64,000 nt of DNA from Negaprion brevirostris (Eukaryota). A program made the position numbers and the translations under genes. This document shows positions 13,160-25,846 of this stretch, one piece after another; position 1 is the first letter of the stretch, and every line of letters begins with the position of its first letter. The stretch covers positions 36,919,389 to 36,983,388 of the forward strand of contig JARDVH010000150.1 of NCBI GenBank assembly GCA_030324005.1. The letters are read 5' to 3'. The notes under the pieces were generated by a model. That model did not search any database. It was given only the letters and a program-made list of their open reading frames with translations, and was not told where the DNA came from.

Positions 13160-13367
13160 TGCTACAGTGGTTAGCACTGCTGCCTCTCCCCATGTCAGCG
13201 TGGGCTCCCTCTGGGAGCTCTGGTTTCCTCCCACAATCCAAAGATGTGTGGGTTAAGTTGATTGGCTATGCAAAATTGCCCCTTAGGGTCAGGGGGACTA
13301 ATAGGTGGGGCTACAGGAATAGGCCGAGTGGGATTGTTGTCGGGCTTGATGGGCTGAATAGCCTCCT
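13160..13367 (+). mobile_element. HE1-type V-SINE, internally deleted, running into a gap
   Basis: tRNA-like head 'cagtggttagcactgctgcctc', V-core 'tctggtttcctcccacaatccaaagatgtgtgggttaagttgattggc', and HER1-like tail 'gggattgttgtcgggcttgatgggctgaatagcctcct'. Confidence 0.85.
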
Positions 13368-14334
13368 NNNNNNNNNNNNNNNNNNNNNNNNNNNNNNNNN
13401 NNNNNNNNNNNNNNNNNNNNNNNNNNNNNNNNNNNNNNNNNNNNNNNNNNNNNNNNNNNNNNNNNNNNNNNNNNNNNNNNNNNNNNNNNNNNNNNNNNNN
13501 NNNNNNNNNNNNNNNNNNNNNNNNNNNNNNNNNNNNNNNNNNNNNNNNNNNNNNNNNNNNNNNNNNNNNNNNNNNNNNNNNNNNNNNNNNNNNNNNNNNN
13601 NNNNNNNNNNNNNNNNNNNNNNNNNNNNNNNNNNNNNNNNNNNNNNNNNNNNNNNNNNNNNNNNNNNNNNNNNNNNNNNNNNNNNNNNNNNNNNNNNNNN
13701 NNNNNNNNNNNNNNNNNNNNNNNNNNNNNNNNNNNNNNNNNNNNNNNNNNNNNNNNNNNNNNNNNNNNNNNNNNNNNNNNNNNNNNNNNNNNNNNNNNNN
13801 NNNNNNNNNNNNNNNNNNNNNNNNNNNNNNNNNNNNNNNNNNATTTGAGGGTTCAAAGCTTTCCTGGCCCATTGGCCACTCAACTACAGTTTTGATGTTG
13901 ATGTGTGGGAACCAGGCTAATTAAAAACAAATAGGTCAACAATGTAGAATAATTTTGTGGTGGGGGCTGGTGAGGAAATAAGCCAAGAGATAGCTTACAC
14001 ACATTCTGCAATTGTTAGAATTTGTTGGACTGTCACATTTACTGCAATGAAATTATACCTTGTGTTCAGCCATAATGTCATTCATCTACAAAGCAAAAAG
14101 CGGCTGGAGATTCCAGAGCACACACAGGGGTGACATTTCTCAATTAGACATGATTTGAAATGCAGAACTCCCAGACTGCCTTGTCACCTTGAACTCTGTT
14201 CTTGCCAGTAGCTATCTAATGACCACAAGGCATTAATTCTACTGAAGTTACAATTGGAGTATCTGGTATTAGGCAACATTTAATGCACACAATGGGGGAG
14301 GTTGGTTTTGAAGAGCACTAACTGAACAAAATTC

Positions 14335-15072
14335 TTAATTGGTAGCAGAAACCCCACCGCCCAAGCTCCCGCCAGTCATTAATTGCTACACTGTCATGTT
14401 TGGGGGCAGGATTCCACTGCTGAAGGCTGCCAGCCAATCAGAAGCCTGTAGCTCTGCACTACAAGCACTGCCACCAGAAGCAGTGGCTATTACTGGTACT
14501 GCAGTGGGGCCTACCCAGAGGATCAGTGAGAGATCCTCCATTGACAACTAAGTGCGGCAGGAAGAGGGATTACTTTCTGTGGGCTCCATTTCCCAATTCC
14601 AGGTCCCTCAACTGGGTACACAATGCCTGAAAANNNNNNNNNNNNNNNNNNNNNNNNNNNNNNNNNNNNNNNNNNNNNNNNNNNNNNNNNNNNNNNNNNN
14701 NNNNNNNNNNNNNNNNNNNNNNNNNNNNNNNNNNNNNNNNNNNNNNNNNNNNNNNNNNNNNNNNNNNNNNNNNNNNNNNNNNNNNTGAAAAAGGCATCTG
14801 CAGGCAAACACAGTAAGGCTTGCTGGGCAGCCTCCATGAACGAGGAGTCTCCAGCTTGGCCCTTCGGCATGAGGCCCTTAAGTGGCCATTTAAGGGCCTC
14901 AATTGGCCTCCGGGTGGAACAGCTGCCCATAAGCTTTCCCATCCTGGACTTAATCAGCAAGAGATGAAGGAGATTGGGGGATGGCAGGACCTCAATCCCC
15001 CATTCTTCCACCCAATTACACAGCGTCCCCACCTCCGAAATGCCTCTGGAGCAGGGCATTAAATTCTACCCA
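14335..15072. mobile_element. GC-rich non-autonomous DNA transposon remnant (Harbinger-type MITE-like)
   Basis: Internal 'ttaagtggccatttaagggcctcaattggcc' and terminus 'ttaaaattctaccc' resemble abundant shark non-autonomous elements (recall). The left terminal repeat is not resolved. Confidence 0.45.
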
Positions 15073-15079
15073 TTAACGA

Positions 15080-15165
15080 TATTTCTCTCTCAACAGATGT
15101 CAGACCAACTGAGCATTTCCAGCACTTTGTTTTTAGTTTGGATTTCCAGCGTCTGCATTACTTCG
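15080..15165 (+). mobile_element. Penelope-like terminal repeat remnant
   Basis: 'tctctctcaacagatgtcagaccaactgagcatttccagcactttgtttttagtttggatttccagcgtctgca' belongs to the same family as 23600, 29010, 40980 and 45700. Confidence 0.7.
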
Positions 15166-15959
15166 GATCCAAGACACTCATTTTACAACCACGGAGACAG
15201 TCAAAGTCCATTTTAATTATGAGATCTGGAATTTGATTTGGCTTTCCAGGAATTAAATTCTGGAATTTCATCCACTTTTCCTTGAAACTCTTACCTGGGT
15301 AAGAGAAATTCATTGAATTGCCAGCTTCTTTCACTTCTCTAAGCCTTTGAGCTCCCAGCAACCACCAGCATTCAAAAATACTGATTAAGGGCATTGATTG
15401 ACTGAATGAGTCAAATCTCATTTTTATTACACTAAGGCAATGTTTTCAGTGAAAACTGAAACCTCCATAATATACAAAGTGACCAATATTCACAATAATC
15501 AGTCAGCAATTTGAAGAGCTCAATGCAATGTTTGTTACACAGAATTGTGGTATATTCATTGGTGCTATGCAGACCACATTTTAGTCCATTTCTCAAAGAC
15601 CAATGGCATTGCACCCAAGATGTCTTTGTTCCAGCAGTGTCTGGACTTTCCCTGTTGCATCACCTAGCACAAATACACTTTTAAAGAGCAGGGCTTAACA
15701 TTNNNNNNNNNNNNNNNNNNNNNNNNNNNNNNNNNNNNNNNNNNNNNNNNNNNNNNNNNNNNNNNNNNNNNNNNNNNNNNNNNNNNNNNNNNNNNNNNNN
15801 NNGAGCAGGGCTTAACATTCAACTGTCTTCCTTTCTAGAAAAATAGAAGTTTGTTTTATATAAAAACTGATCCTTAGCTCCTTGAGCAATATTCTTCCAA
15901 TAAAATCCTGGAACAGCTAAAATTAACTGGACTCAAATAAATTACCAAGTATTAATTAA

Positions 15960-16315
15960 GCATCAGCACTGACTCAGTACTAGCATTCTCACCTCAGTCA
16001 GAAAATTTTAGGAACTGTGCAATACTGAGGGAATATTGACAATGGACTCAAGGAGCTGTCTTTTGGATGAGAAGTTAGTGCCATGAAATCTATTAGAAAG
16101 GGCAGCAGTGGAATTCTTCTTGTTGTCCTCACTAACATTTATCCTTCAACCAAAGCCTAAAACAGATAATCTGGTCATTTATTTCTCTGTTGTTTGTGGA
16201 AATGCGCTGTGTGCAAATTAATTCCCCTTTTCCTACACTATAATCAGTGACTGTATTTCAAAATGACTTTATTGGACATCCTGAAAGGTGTTGTAAAATG
16301 CACGTTCTGTCTTTT
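15960..16315 (+). mobile_element. SacSINE1/Deu-SINE-like copy
   Basis: tRNA-like head 'gactcagtactagcattctcacctc', core 'tactgagggaatattg...gtctttggatgag...acagataatctggtcatt', and tail 'ggacatcctgaaaggtgttgtaaaatgcacgttc'. Confidence 0.85.
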
Positions 16316-16664
16316 GCAGGTTCAGAAAATTCAAATCCAGGTTATGGAGATCATTTGTGTATTAAATATTACTGGTTCACTGGGACAGATTGGAAATTGG
16401 CATAGGGAGGATACACCCATGAATGGCTGCTCACTAACTGCCCACTTTGCAGCTATGCTTTGATGGACCTTGGAGCAGATGCAATTTAATGCAATTTTAT
16501 TGATTGTAGTATCCTCAACAATGTGCCAAAACACCATTAAGCTGGGGCAACATTCTTCTTAAATAATTTCCAAGAATTATTCAGAATAGACAGACAACTA
16601 TGTATTAAAATTGTAAAAGCAATTCCATACTCAGAGGGTGCAGGCACAATAGTAACGTAGAAAA

Positions 16665-16845
16665 CATAGCAGTAAATGTATTCATACCAAGATCCCACAA
16701 AACCGAAATATGATAATAACCAGCCCTTTTAAGTGATGTCGATTGAGGAATGTACCAGCTGGAACACGCTTGCTATTCCTTGAAATAGTACTCTGGGATC
16801 TTTACCATCCACACAAGAGGGTAGATGGAGCCTGGATTTAAGTTG
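16665..16845 (-). mobile_element. Deu-SINE fragment
   Basis: 'caagatcccacaaaac...tgataataaccag...gaaatagtactctgggatctttaccatccac'. Confidence 0.7.
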
Positions 16846-18184
16846 ACAGGAATTCTGTGTACAGCATAAAAAACACAAGCATAGCATTCTCTGTTTCTGT
16901 GCTGTAACATTCTATGCAACACTGAGCTCTATTAAAATCAACTCTACACAGTCAAGATTAGTGTCCAGTGCAAATATTGTGAAATAGGGGCAGGGGGAAA
17001 GATGGTAGCATACAGCTCTTTGAAAATGGGAGCAATTTCCATTTAAAGAAAATGTATTTGTTTATGCAAATCATCTTTTAGAATGCACTGTGAAAGGAAG
17101 CTGATGCGAATGGGCTGGGTGAAGGTGGGGGTGGGGTAGAGGAAGGTGGAGGGGGTGGGGAGTGCACACAACCATGTTGAAAGATCAAGGGGTGGACTTT
17201 TGGAGTATCCACATATGTTACAGTATGGGCATGTATGATGTATGACTCAAGATGGACATATATTGTGCTCATAGTCCATAATCCAGGAGCTGTACCACTT
17301 TGCTCCTCCATTCCTACTGGAGTCTAGTTTCTGCGGCATTGAGCAGGTTGCTTAGTTTCCTGCCAGCCTAGTATGCTGTATACCTCAGAGATCTTCTTTA
17401 AAGCAAAACAAAAGCTCTCTTTACAATAGATTATAGAAAGACTAAGAACAGACGCTAAAGACCATTAAAGGGTACATGAAAGATTTAGTAGGCCCTAATG
17501 GACATAGAGGGGCTTTTATGTTTTCTGTTTCCATTACAGTAGCTAATACAACAAGAAGTGCTGTAGAAGAGATGCAATGCTCTTGTATGCTTTGTAAGTC
17601 AGCAACTTTCTGCCCAAATTGAAGTGGTGATTCCTGTGGCTAAAAAATTGTACATGGTATTTAGCCGCTCATACAAGATTTTTTCATGTAATCTTTTCAA
17701 TTCCATCTTATTATGGTCAATGATATTACCTCCTAGGCCCCCCCAGAGCTGTCTTAATTAGGATCAGCCAAGGCACAGACCAGCAACTATGGTCTTCTTG
17801 GTTTGCAGGACTCAGTTCAACTCTGGAGAAATGTACCATTGGGAGAGTCCCTAAACAAATTTCGACAGGCCGAATTCTGTGGTTATTTTGGTAATCAGTG
17901 GCTATGGAAAACAAAACAACAGCTCAACCAAGAACTTCTGCATCAAGTAAACCTATCTTTGTTCCAAATTCTCTCCATCGATTTATTGCGGCCACTGAAT
18001 GACTGGACAGTATTGCCATCATGTACTTCCATTGCCTGCAGCGTTTCTTGTAACGGAAAAACACGCTAGTTTTGGCACACAACTGGATAACAGGGATAAC
18101 TATTATAAATGCAACAAGAACAGGTAACTAAAAATTCAAAAATGATAAGCATTGTGCGATGGTCGTCCACATTCCAATAACTAA

Positions 18185-18350
18185 AGAAAGATTTGTATTG
18201 CTGTGACACTTTTCACATCCTCAGGGTGTCCCAGAGAGCTTTACAGCCAACAAATCACTTCTGAAGTGTTGTCACTGTTGTAAAATAGGAAACAGCAGCC
18301 AACTTGCACACGGTAAGGTCACAGAAACAGTAATGTGATAATAACCAAAT
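18185..18350 (-). mobile_element. Deu-SINE 3' part
   Basis: 'aagaaagatttgtatt...cctcagggtgtcccagagagctttacagccaa...gaagtgttgtcactgttgtaa'. Confidence 0.8.
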
Positions 18351-20194
18351 GGAAATTCCTGATAATACGAGATAATATTATTTTGTCCCAGTTTGGAACT
18401 TAAATGAAAAAAAAAACTGTTTCCCTGAATCGACATTTTTTTGACAGTTGGCTACAACTAAGATTTAGGGGGAATATTCTGAACAATGAAATATCTACAC
18501 TTCATTTCACAAATGTTGGATCAATGTAAAGGTGGAACACTGTGGACACTGAGATGCTGGTTAATTTCTTTTTAAAACAGATACTTCAATCATTTGAAAT
18601 TTGGCATTCTAATGAAATCTACAGGATTTGCATTTGCTTCCAGTGAACATAGCTTTTGCAGCAAAAGAGGTTGTCGATTTGAGGCCTGAGATACACAGTT
18701 CATCAGAATGCAATTTGCCAATCAATAGATCAGAAGTTGCTAGCAATCAGTGAATCATATTCATTAAGGATGAAAGTATGAACGTAGCACATTTTTATAA
18801 CTGAACATTTTGAAAGGGAGCCAAAGTTTTCCCTCCAATGCTCCAAAATAGTAAACTAAAGATGAGGAACTACCTAGAGTTTAAAAAAAACTGGCAGTCA
18901 ACTGCTGAACAAATTCATAAGCAATTTCATGTTGAAATTCAGGAAAATGTAACAAATCAGTTGAATCCTCAAAACAGATTAATGTTAATTAATTTTATAA
19001 TGTATGTGGAGAGTTTTACTCCCTTTTCACTTAGTTATTCTCCCATCCCACAAGATGCACATAGTTGCACATACACCCACACTGGAAGACTGACAACTTT
19101 GACATAATAATCTAGTTGATTATCAGGGGAAAATAGATATAAAAAAACTTAACAGGTTATGTTTTCAACTATGCAAATAGCTGAGGAGCAGCAATTGTAG
19201 ATCCAAATGAGTTTCAAACAGTTGCAGTAAAATCCAGAGTAAATGGTGTTGCGCACCTCACCCCACGCCCCTTCAAATTCTACATCTAGAGCTAAACCAA
19301 CACTGGTACGTCATTAAAATTCTGCCACTTAATGCACTACTTTCGAAAAATCCTTCAGCCCCAAATCAAAAAGTGTCATCAGTTTCCATCTATACCACAT
19401 TGTCTCTAGCTATAGGATGCATGGTTCAGGGTCGTCATTTAAATTACGAGCGAGTATCTGCACAGATATGGCAATCAAAATTTGCAAAAAAAGGGCCAAC
19501 AGAATGAGTGCAAGCATCATTAAATAAGATGCTGAAATTAACTGATTTAAACCTGGAGAAAGGCAAGTGACTGGCCCACAGCAGCTACACTGCAATCTAA
19601 AATATTGATGCTCAATTAGCTGGTGGGTTGGAAGCATATTGGTTTGGTTTTGTAGACGATGCATCAAATTAACTTTATTTTGTAACTGACCATGTTATAA
19701 AAATATCTAATCCAAAAAACTCCCAAGTGGGTGTTATGGTGAAGTCACCAAAATCAGAACTGAGGTTTTTCAAACCTACACATTGCAATGTCATTCTCAA
19801 ATTGTTCCAAGTTATCAACTTCAAAAGGTCACTCTCCCCACCCAACAAACAATCTCTCCTCTTCACCAACCTCAACAGACTGTTGACAGGGGAGAGATTA
19901 AGATACCAATTGTGGTTTACCTTCATCTTCCTATCAGCACTTTCCATTACTGACAGTTTCAACCTGTCCTGACTTTCCTGTCTCAATTTCTGAGATACCA
20001 TTTCATATGCCTGATTTCATACAGTCCTTCTCTCACAGAAAGTACTTTTTTGAATTAATATAGAGCAACAATGTGCCAGTTGAAAATTGACCTCAGGACT
20101 CTGGCTCCACTTTACAACCATTTTTGACATGATACACTGAAATCCTAGCAAACCAATATATACACACAGATCAAATAGAACGGACAGTAAATAA

Positions 20195-20490
20195 TTCAAT
20201 AATCAGATAATCTGCTTCTGGTGATGTTGACTGGGGGAAGTAGGGGGGTTGTGAAGAGAAGAAAGAGAGAGAGAGAAGAAAGAGAGAGAAAATTGCTCTG
20301 CCATAAGAGACCTTTTATCTCCACCTGAGCAGGCAGACAGGATTTTAAGGTCTCAGCTAAAAGACATGGTTTCTGTGCATGCAATATTCCTTCAGCATTG
20401 TATTGAAATGTCAACCTAAAAATTGTTTGAATCAACAATCTTCTGACTGAAGAGGCAGCAAGAGTGCTACCACTGAGCCAAGTCTAACAC
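20195..20490 (-). mobile_element. Deu-SINE 5' part with an internal GA-rich expansion
   Basis: 'cagataatctgcttctggtgatgttgactgggg...tccacctgagcaggcagac...gagtgctaccactgagcca'. Confidence 0.8.
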
Positions 20491-20944
20491 AAGCACAGAA
20501 TTAAAAGCTATTTGACCTGTGAGTCTATTTTTCCATCATAAAGCATCTAGGGTCCACAGATCCCAGATTGAGAACTCCAGCGTTAAAACAATACATTTAT
20601 GATGTTTGGACCATTCTGATGCAGTGAGAGCTTGATAGCTCTACTGAAACACAGATGGGGCTTTGGTTGATGTTCGGATGAAAGCCTCAGTAAAAGTAAA
20701 CCTCTTCCCTTTCACTCCCTATAGAAAATGACGAGTAGAAATCAGGACAGTATCTTTGCTCTAATACCAAGGTTGCACTTTCAAAAAAATATACGTACTT
20801 GCTAGTATGTACAGTGAGCAAATATCTAAAGGGCTGATGGAACAGTTCAGCAGCCAAAGACTGAGGGGGACCAGGATGACTTATGACATAATCAGGTACA
20901 GAAAGCAATTTATTGAATTTCCCAAAGGGCTGGAATAAAAACAT

Positions 20945-21205
20945 ACATAGAACACAGAACATTACAGCGCAGAACAGGCCCTTCGGCCCACGATGTTGCG
21001 CCGACCAGCTTTTAAAAAAAANNNNNNNNNNNNNNNNNNNNNNNNNNNNNNNNNNNNNNNNNNNNNNNNNNNNNNNNNNNNNNNNNNNNNNNNNNNNNNN
21101 NNNNNNNNNNNNNNNNNNNNNTACCAAAATGAATTACCTCACACTTCTCCACATTAAACTCCATCCGCCACCTCGCGGCCCAGCTCTGCAACCTGTCATT
21201 AATAT
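20945..21205 (-). mobile_element. Young CR1/HER1 LINE spanning a 100-N gap
   Basis: CpG-intact tail 'acagcgcagaacaggcccttcggcccacgatgttgcgccgacc'. The far flank encodes DRLQSWAARWRMEFNVEKCEVIHFG. Confidence 0.9.
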
Positions 21206-21429
21206 CTAATGAATGAGAAACAGAGGGTAATTGGCAAGTTAAATAACAGACTTGTGTGGTAGGTTGCAGCCACTTGCTCTTCAATCTCCCTTTGAACAAG
21301 TTGATTTTACTTAATTAAATGAAGGCTGTGACAAGCGAATAATTCCATTTTTAGATTGGAGGACACCACAGCAAGAGATTAAGTCATTCTCCAAATCTTT
21401 CATACTGTGCTCTTCCTGCCACGGGAATC

Positions 21430-22345
21430 AGTGTATGAGCAGCTATTAACAATCTCCATCAATGTTTTGGATAAGGGGACCAAGCACAACATTTCCAAGT
21501 TTGCTGATGACACAAAAGTAGGTGAGAATGGGAGTTGTAAGGAAAATGCAAAGAGGCTTCAAGAGGATTTAGACAGACTAAATGAGCAGGATAGAACAAG
21601 GCTGGTGGAATATAATGTGGGAAAATGTGAAATTATCCACTGAGAGGAAAAACAGATGCAGAATATTTCTTAGACGGTGAAAGATTGGGAGCTGTTGATG
21701 TCCAAAGGGTCCTGGGTGTGAAGATTCATCAGTTGACTTGTAAGTGCAGCAAGCAATTCAGGAGGCAAATGGTATGTAGGTCTTCTTGCAAGAAGATTTG
21801 AATCCAGAGTGAAAAGATTTTGCTTCAATTGTATAGCGCCTTGGTGAGGCATTGCCTGGAGAACTGTGTACAGTTTTGAACTCTTATCCGAGGAAGAGTA
21901 TACTTGCCGTATGGAATGTAACGAAGGTCGACCTGAGTGATTCCTAGGATAGGGGAATGAGACTCCACGAGGAGAGATTAAGATGATTAGGTCTGTATTC
22001 AATCACTGATGATCTCATTGAAACAAAACATCTTATAAGGCTCAACACAGTAGATGCAAGAAAGATTCCCTGGCTGGGTTGGGGTATGGTCTAGGACCAG
22101 GAAACAGTCTTAGAATAAGAGGTAGGCAATTTAGGGATGAGATGAGGAGGAATTTCTTCATTCAAGAGGATGTTGAATCTTGGAATTCTTAACCTGAAGG
22201 GTCTGTGGAACTTAATCAAGATTATGTTCGAGATAGTGATTGATTGATTTCCAGACATTAAAAGACATTAAGGACATGGGGATAATGTGTGAAAATGGTC
22301 CTGAGGTGGAAGACCATGATCTGGTTGAATGGTGGACAGGCTCGA
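21430..22345 (+). mobile_element. CR1 LINE 3' 0.9 kb, degenerate
   Basis: [11 protein letters not shown]...LQEDLDRL...EYNVGKCEIIH, continuing to the 3' UTR 'ccatgatctggttgaatggtggacaggctcg'. Confidence 0.9.
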
Positions 22346-22346
22346 A

Positions 22347-22805
22347 ACTACACAGTATTTTAGGTGTGGTCTCCCCAAAGCCCTATACAATCATAACAAG
22401 ATTTCCCTACATTTATACTCCTGTCCCGATGGCCAACATTCTACTCGCCTTCCTAATTAACAGCATACCTATTGAGTCATGTACACAGAATACTGCGTAC
22501 AGTTTCAGTCTTCCTGCTCAAGGAGGGACACACTTGCACTAATGGTCAATAGGTTTATCCCTAGGATGAAGAGATTGCCTCATGAAAAAACAGATTGAGC
22601 AGGTCAGACCAATACNNNNNNNNNNNNNNNNNNNTGAGAAGTGACCTTATTGAAACAAGGTAGTCAAGAGTTGCAGGAAGGCTGGCAAGTAGGAATGTGG
22701 AATTAAGGTCACAATCAGATCAGCCATGATCTTACTGAACCTCAGAGCAGGGTTGATGGAACAAAAGGGCCTACTCGTGGCTCCTTCATCCAATGTTCTT
22801 ATGAA
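22347..22805 (+). mobile_element. CR1 LINE with an inverted 5' segment (about 22347-22460 minus; about 22487-22805 plus)
   Basis: The minus piece ends at ...LYRALGRPHLKYCV. The plus piece starts at EYCVQF and ends in the tail 'gggcctactcgtggctcc...tgttcttatg'. Confidence 0.7.
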
Positions 22806-23599
22806 ACAAACCTGCCTTTAGCCAGTCTAGCCAATATATGATTGGTGCCACAACAATGTGGTTTGATGCTTAACTGAACCTCCTGAACTAGCCAAGCAAG
22901 TCTATTATAATCTAAGGATGGGCAACAAACGGCAACATTGCAAAGCAACACCCACATTAATGAAAAGTATAAAAGCACAGAACTGGCTCTTAAACAGGAT
23001 TTTCTGGAATCAGAAATGAGAGAGATTGAGTGTATAAAAAAAGCTTCAAACCATTTCTCTGGAAAGTGGAGAGAGAGAGAGAGAGAAGTTTACAGCTTAT
23101 ATACACAGTTATTAAAAACACAGCTTAACTTTTCGCCTTCCTTGAGGGAAACACTTCAGAAATTCAAAGCAGAATAAGATGTTAATCATAAATCTGGAGT
23201 CAGAGCTAAATAAGAGCAAAGAGTATGAAAGGGTGCATCTAACTATGCTGAAGTGCAACATGCTACATGTTATCCAATAGCAGCACGAATGCTAAGAGAA
23301 AGAAATTGCCTTTGTTGCTCAGTTCTGCACATTACCGGGCACACACCATCATTTGGCTACTGACTAGCAACATGAACTTCAAATCTGACTAGAACAGACA
23401 AAAATGAAAACTCCCATAAAACGTAAGGTGTTGATCTTTCAAAAAAAAATCAAAAACCTTTTGCGCTAACTGTATATTACTATCAACAGATGTATGCATG
23501 GGTAGACACAGTGATTAATTTGCTGATTTAAAGGTAGGCCAGTATCCAACTCCCCAACCCCCACTCCCAACTCAATACAAGCAGGGCTCCAGCTGTGAT

Positions 23600-23710
23600 G
23601 AAGAATCTCTATTCTCTCCCTGCAGATGCTGTCAGACCTGCTGAGATTTCCCAGCATTTTCTGTTTTTGTTTCAGATTCCAGCATTCCCAGTAATTTGCT
23701 TTTATCAGTA
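23600..23710 (+). mobile_element. Penelope-like terminal repeat remnant
   Basis: 'ctctattctctccctgcagatgctgtcagacctgctgagatttcccagcattttctgtttttgtttcagattccagcat'. Confidence 0.75.
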
Positions 23711-24419
23711 CTCCTGGCATTTTGTTTTCATTTGTGAGTAAAACCTTGGTTAGATGGATAGAAAGGCACAGAGTTACCAGGTTCTGCCCTTTCTCTATAT
23801 GACAAGGTTTTGAGGAGGGTAGACAATATTATTCAATCACAGTGAGGATGCAATACTGCTGGTTTCTGTCAGGAGTAAAAGTGTGAACGCAACCTGATTT
23901 CACCACATTTAATGAGTCAGTGGAAATCTTCTTCAACAAAGCACGTGACTATTATTTGGTGCTTTTTGACAGGTTTTACTTCAAGATGCATTTCTGCAAG
24001 CAAATGAAACCAAATCTGCCAAAGGAATCCCTTTGAGGCAATGCCCACTACAAAAATTTAATTGTAGGAGGGTGACCACACCCATCTATATAATAGATAA
24101 AGATTGTTTTGACAGAAGCATCAATATATTCTCTTATACTTCCCCACTTCCTTAACTGAGGGCACGTAGGTGAAAAAAGTGTGACCTCTCGTCAGAAAGT
24201 GTATGGAAATCAGAACCTACAATTTCTAAACTTGGTCACCCATCTTAGTCATATGAATGGATTTAGAATTACATTGGATTGAAAAAGAGCCAAAGATGTG
24301 GTCAACCAAAACGAGACCCACTCAATTTCCACCCATTTTCTCCACCACCATTGCTATCATCAGGCAGACAGGAATATGGGGACACCACTTCCTAATCTGA
24401 CATAGCTTTCAACCGGTGC

Positions 24420-24421
<2 letters not shown>

Positions 24422-24451
<30 letters not shown>
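24422..24451. repeat. (GT)n microsatellite, about 15 units
   Basis: Directly visible gtgtgt run. Confidence 0.95.
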
Positions 24452-24452
<1 letters not shown>

Positions 24453-25014
24453 AGGCATTCATCAGTGTTGGGAGAATCAGCTGCAGGTGGTGGTTATCTC
24501 AAACAGCATAAGTAAATTCATTTTAATTTTCTCTGTTGGCTCTTGGACCTTTGAATGAATTGCTCAATCACTCCCCCATCCAGCCCCAATACTGGCACCA
24601 ATGAGAACCTGGCTATCTGACATTCTTGAAAGGCAAGGAGGAAAGAAAACCAGCAGTAGAATGATGAGCAGATTCCCTCCTGATAATACCTGCTCAGGCA
24701 AACCTAGCACATTGAGAAAACACTCCTATTCCAAATGGATCTGGGCAGCAGAATTAAAGACTGCTCAGAGGTGTGCAAACATCAATCTATAAATCATGCT
24801 AGATGTTTCTTCTGAAGAATTTCAATCATAGTACATCATGATTTAACCCAGCGGTCCCCAAACTCCGATCCAGATGCAGCCCGCTGCAGGCCATAGTTTG
24901 GAAACCCCCACCAAGGTGCCAACCATATGGCCAAGGTCTCAGTCAGCTGACAACAACAATGCAGCATGGCCTTTATAGGCTCTGTTACCATTGGAGCAGT
25001 ACCATTGATGGCAG

Positions 25015-25592
25015 GCACCAATGCAGCTCAGTTTAGTTAAGAAAGCCCACCAACTTCTCTACTTTCTCAGAAGACTAAGGAAATTTGGCATGTCAGCTAC
25101 AACCCTCACCAACATTTACGGATGCACCATAGAAAACATTCTTTCTAGTTGTATCACACCTTAGTATGGCTGCTGCTCTGCCCAAGACCACAAGGAACTA
25201 CAAAAGGTCATGAATGTAGCCCAATCCATCAAGTAAACCAGCCTCCCATCCATTGACTCTGTCTATACTTGTTGCTGCCTCAGCTAAGCAGCCAGCATAA
25301 AGGACTGCTTGAACCCTGGACATTCTCTCTTCCACCTTCTTCCTTCAGGAAAAAGATACCTACTGACTCAAGAACAGCTTCTTCCCTGCTTCTGTCAGAT
25401 TTTTGAATCGACTTACCTTGCATTAAGTTGATCTTTCTCTACACCCCAGGTCTGACTGTAACACTACATTCTAACNNNNNNNNNNNNNNNNNTCTTATTG
25501 AATGGCGGGGCAGGCTCGAAGGGCTGGATGGCCTACTCCTGCTCCTATTTCTTATGTTCTTATGAAATAATAAATCCAATCAAATCAATTCA
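25015..25592 (+). mobile_element. Rex1/Babar LINE 3' fragment with a nested CR1 tail (about 25493-25564)
   Basis: VKKAHQLLYFLRRLRKFGMSATTLTNIYGCTIENILSSCIT is the Rex1 ORF C-terminal signature. Terminal (AAATC)-like repeats lie at 25565-25592. Confidence 0.9.
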
Positions 25593-25823
25593 ATTGGTTG
25601 AATAGGACATGGCAGTGTAGTGGTTATGTTCCTAGGCTAGAAATCCACGGAATGAACTTAAAAACATGCAATAACAGCTTGAGATTTGAATACACTTAAT
25701 TAATCTGATGTCAGTAAAAACGGCCATAAGGCTGTTGGATTGTCGATCACTTTCACCGTACCCATCTCTGTTGGACCCACTCAAGGCCCTTCATGTACCC
25801 AAAGATGGGCTCTCGTCTTCATG

Positions 25824-25846
25824 GAGGAGGAGGAGGAGGAGGAGGT
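25824..25846. repeat. (GGA)n trinucleotide repeat
   Basis: ggaggaggaggaggaggaggagg. Confidence 0.9.

Noticed and set aside
13159-13883. Long ORFs (190-229 aa) here, and similar ones at 6709-7217, 43632-44467 and 49660-50404
   Set aside because: They are made almost entirely of X from N-gaps, so they are artefacts of stop-free Ns.
15288-15305. Palindrome CTCTTACC-tg-GGTAAGAG giving donor-like sites on both strands
   Set aside because: An 8-bp inverted repeat is expected by chance in 64 kb, and I found no convincing upstream acceptor or exon.
19675-20010. 108-aa minus ORF and a possible 90-nt exon (AYEMVSQKLRQESQDRLKLSVMESADRKMK)
   Set aside because: The acceptor lacks a polypyrimidine tract and the peptide has no recognisable homology.
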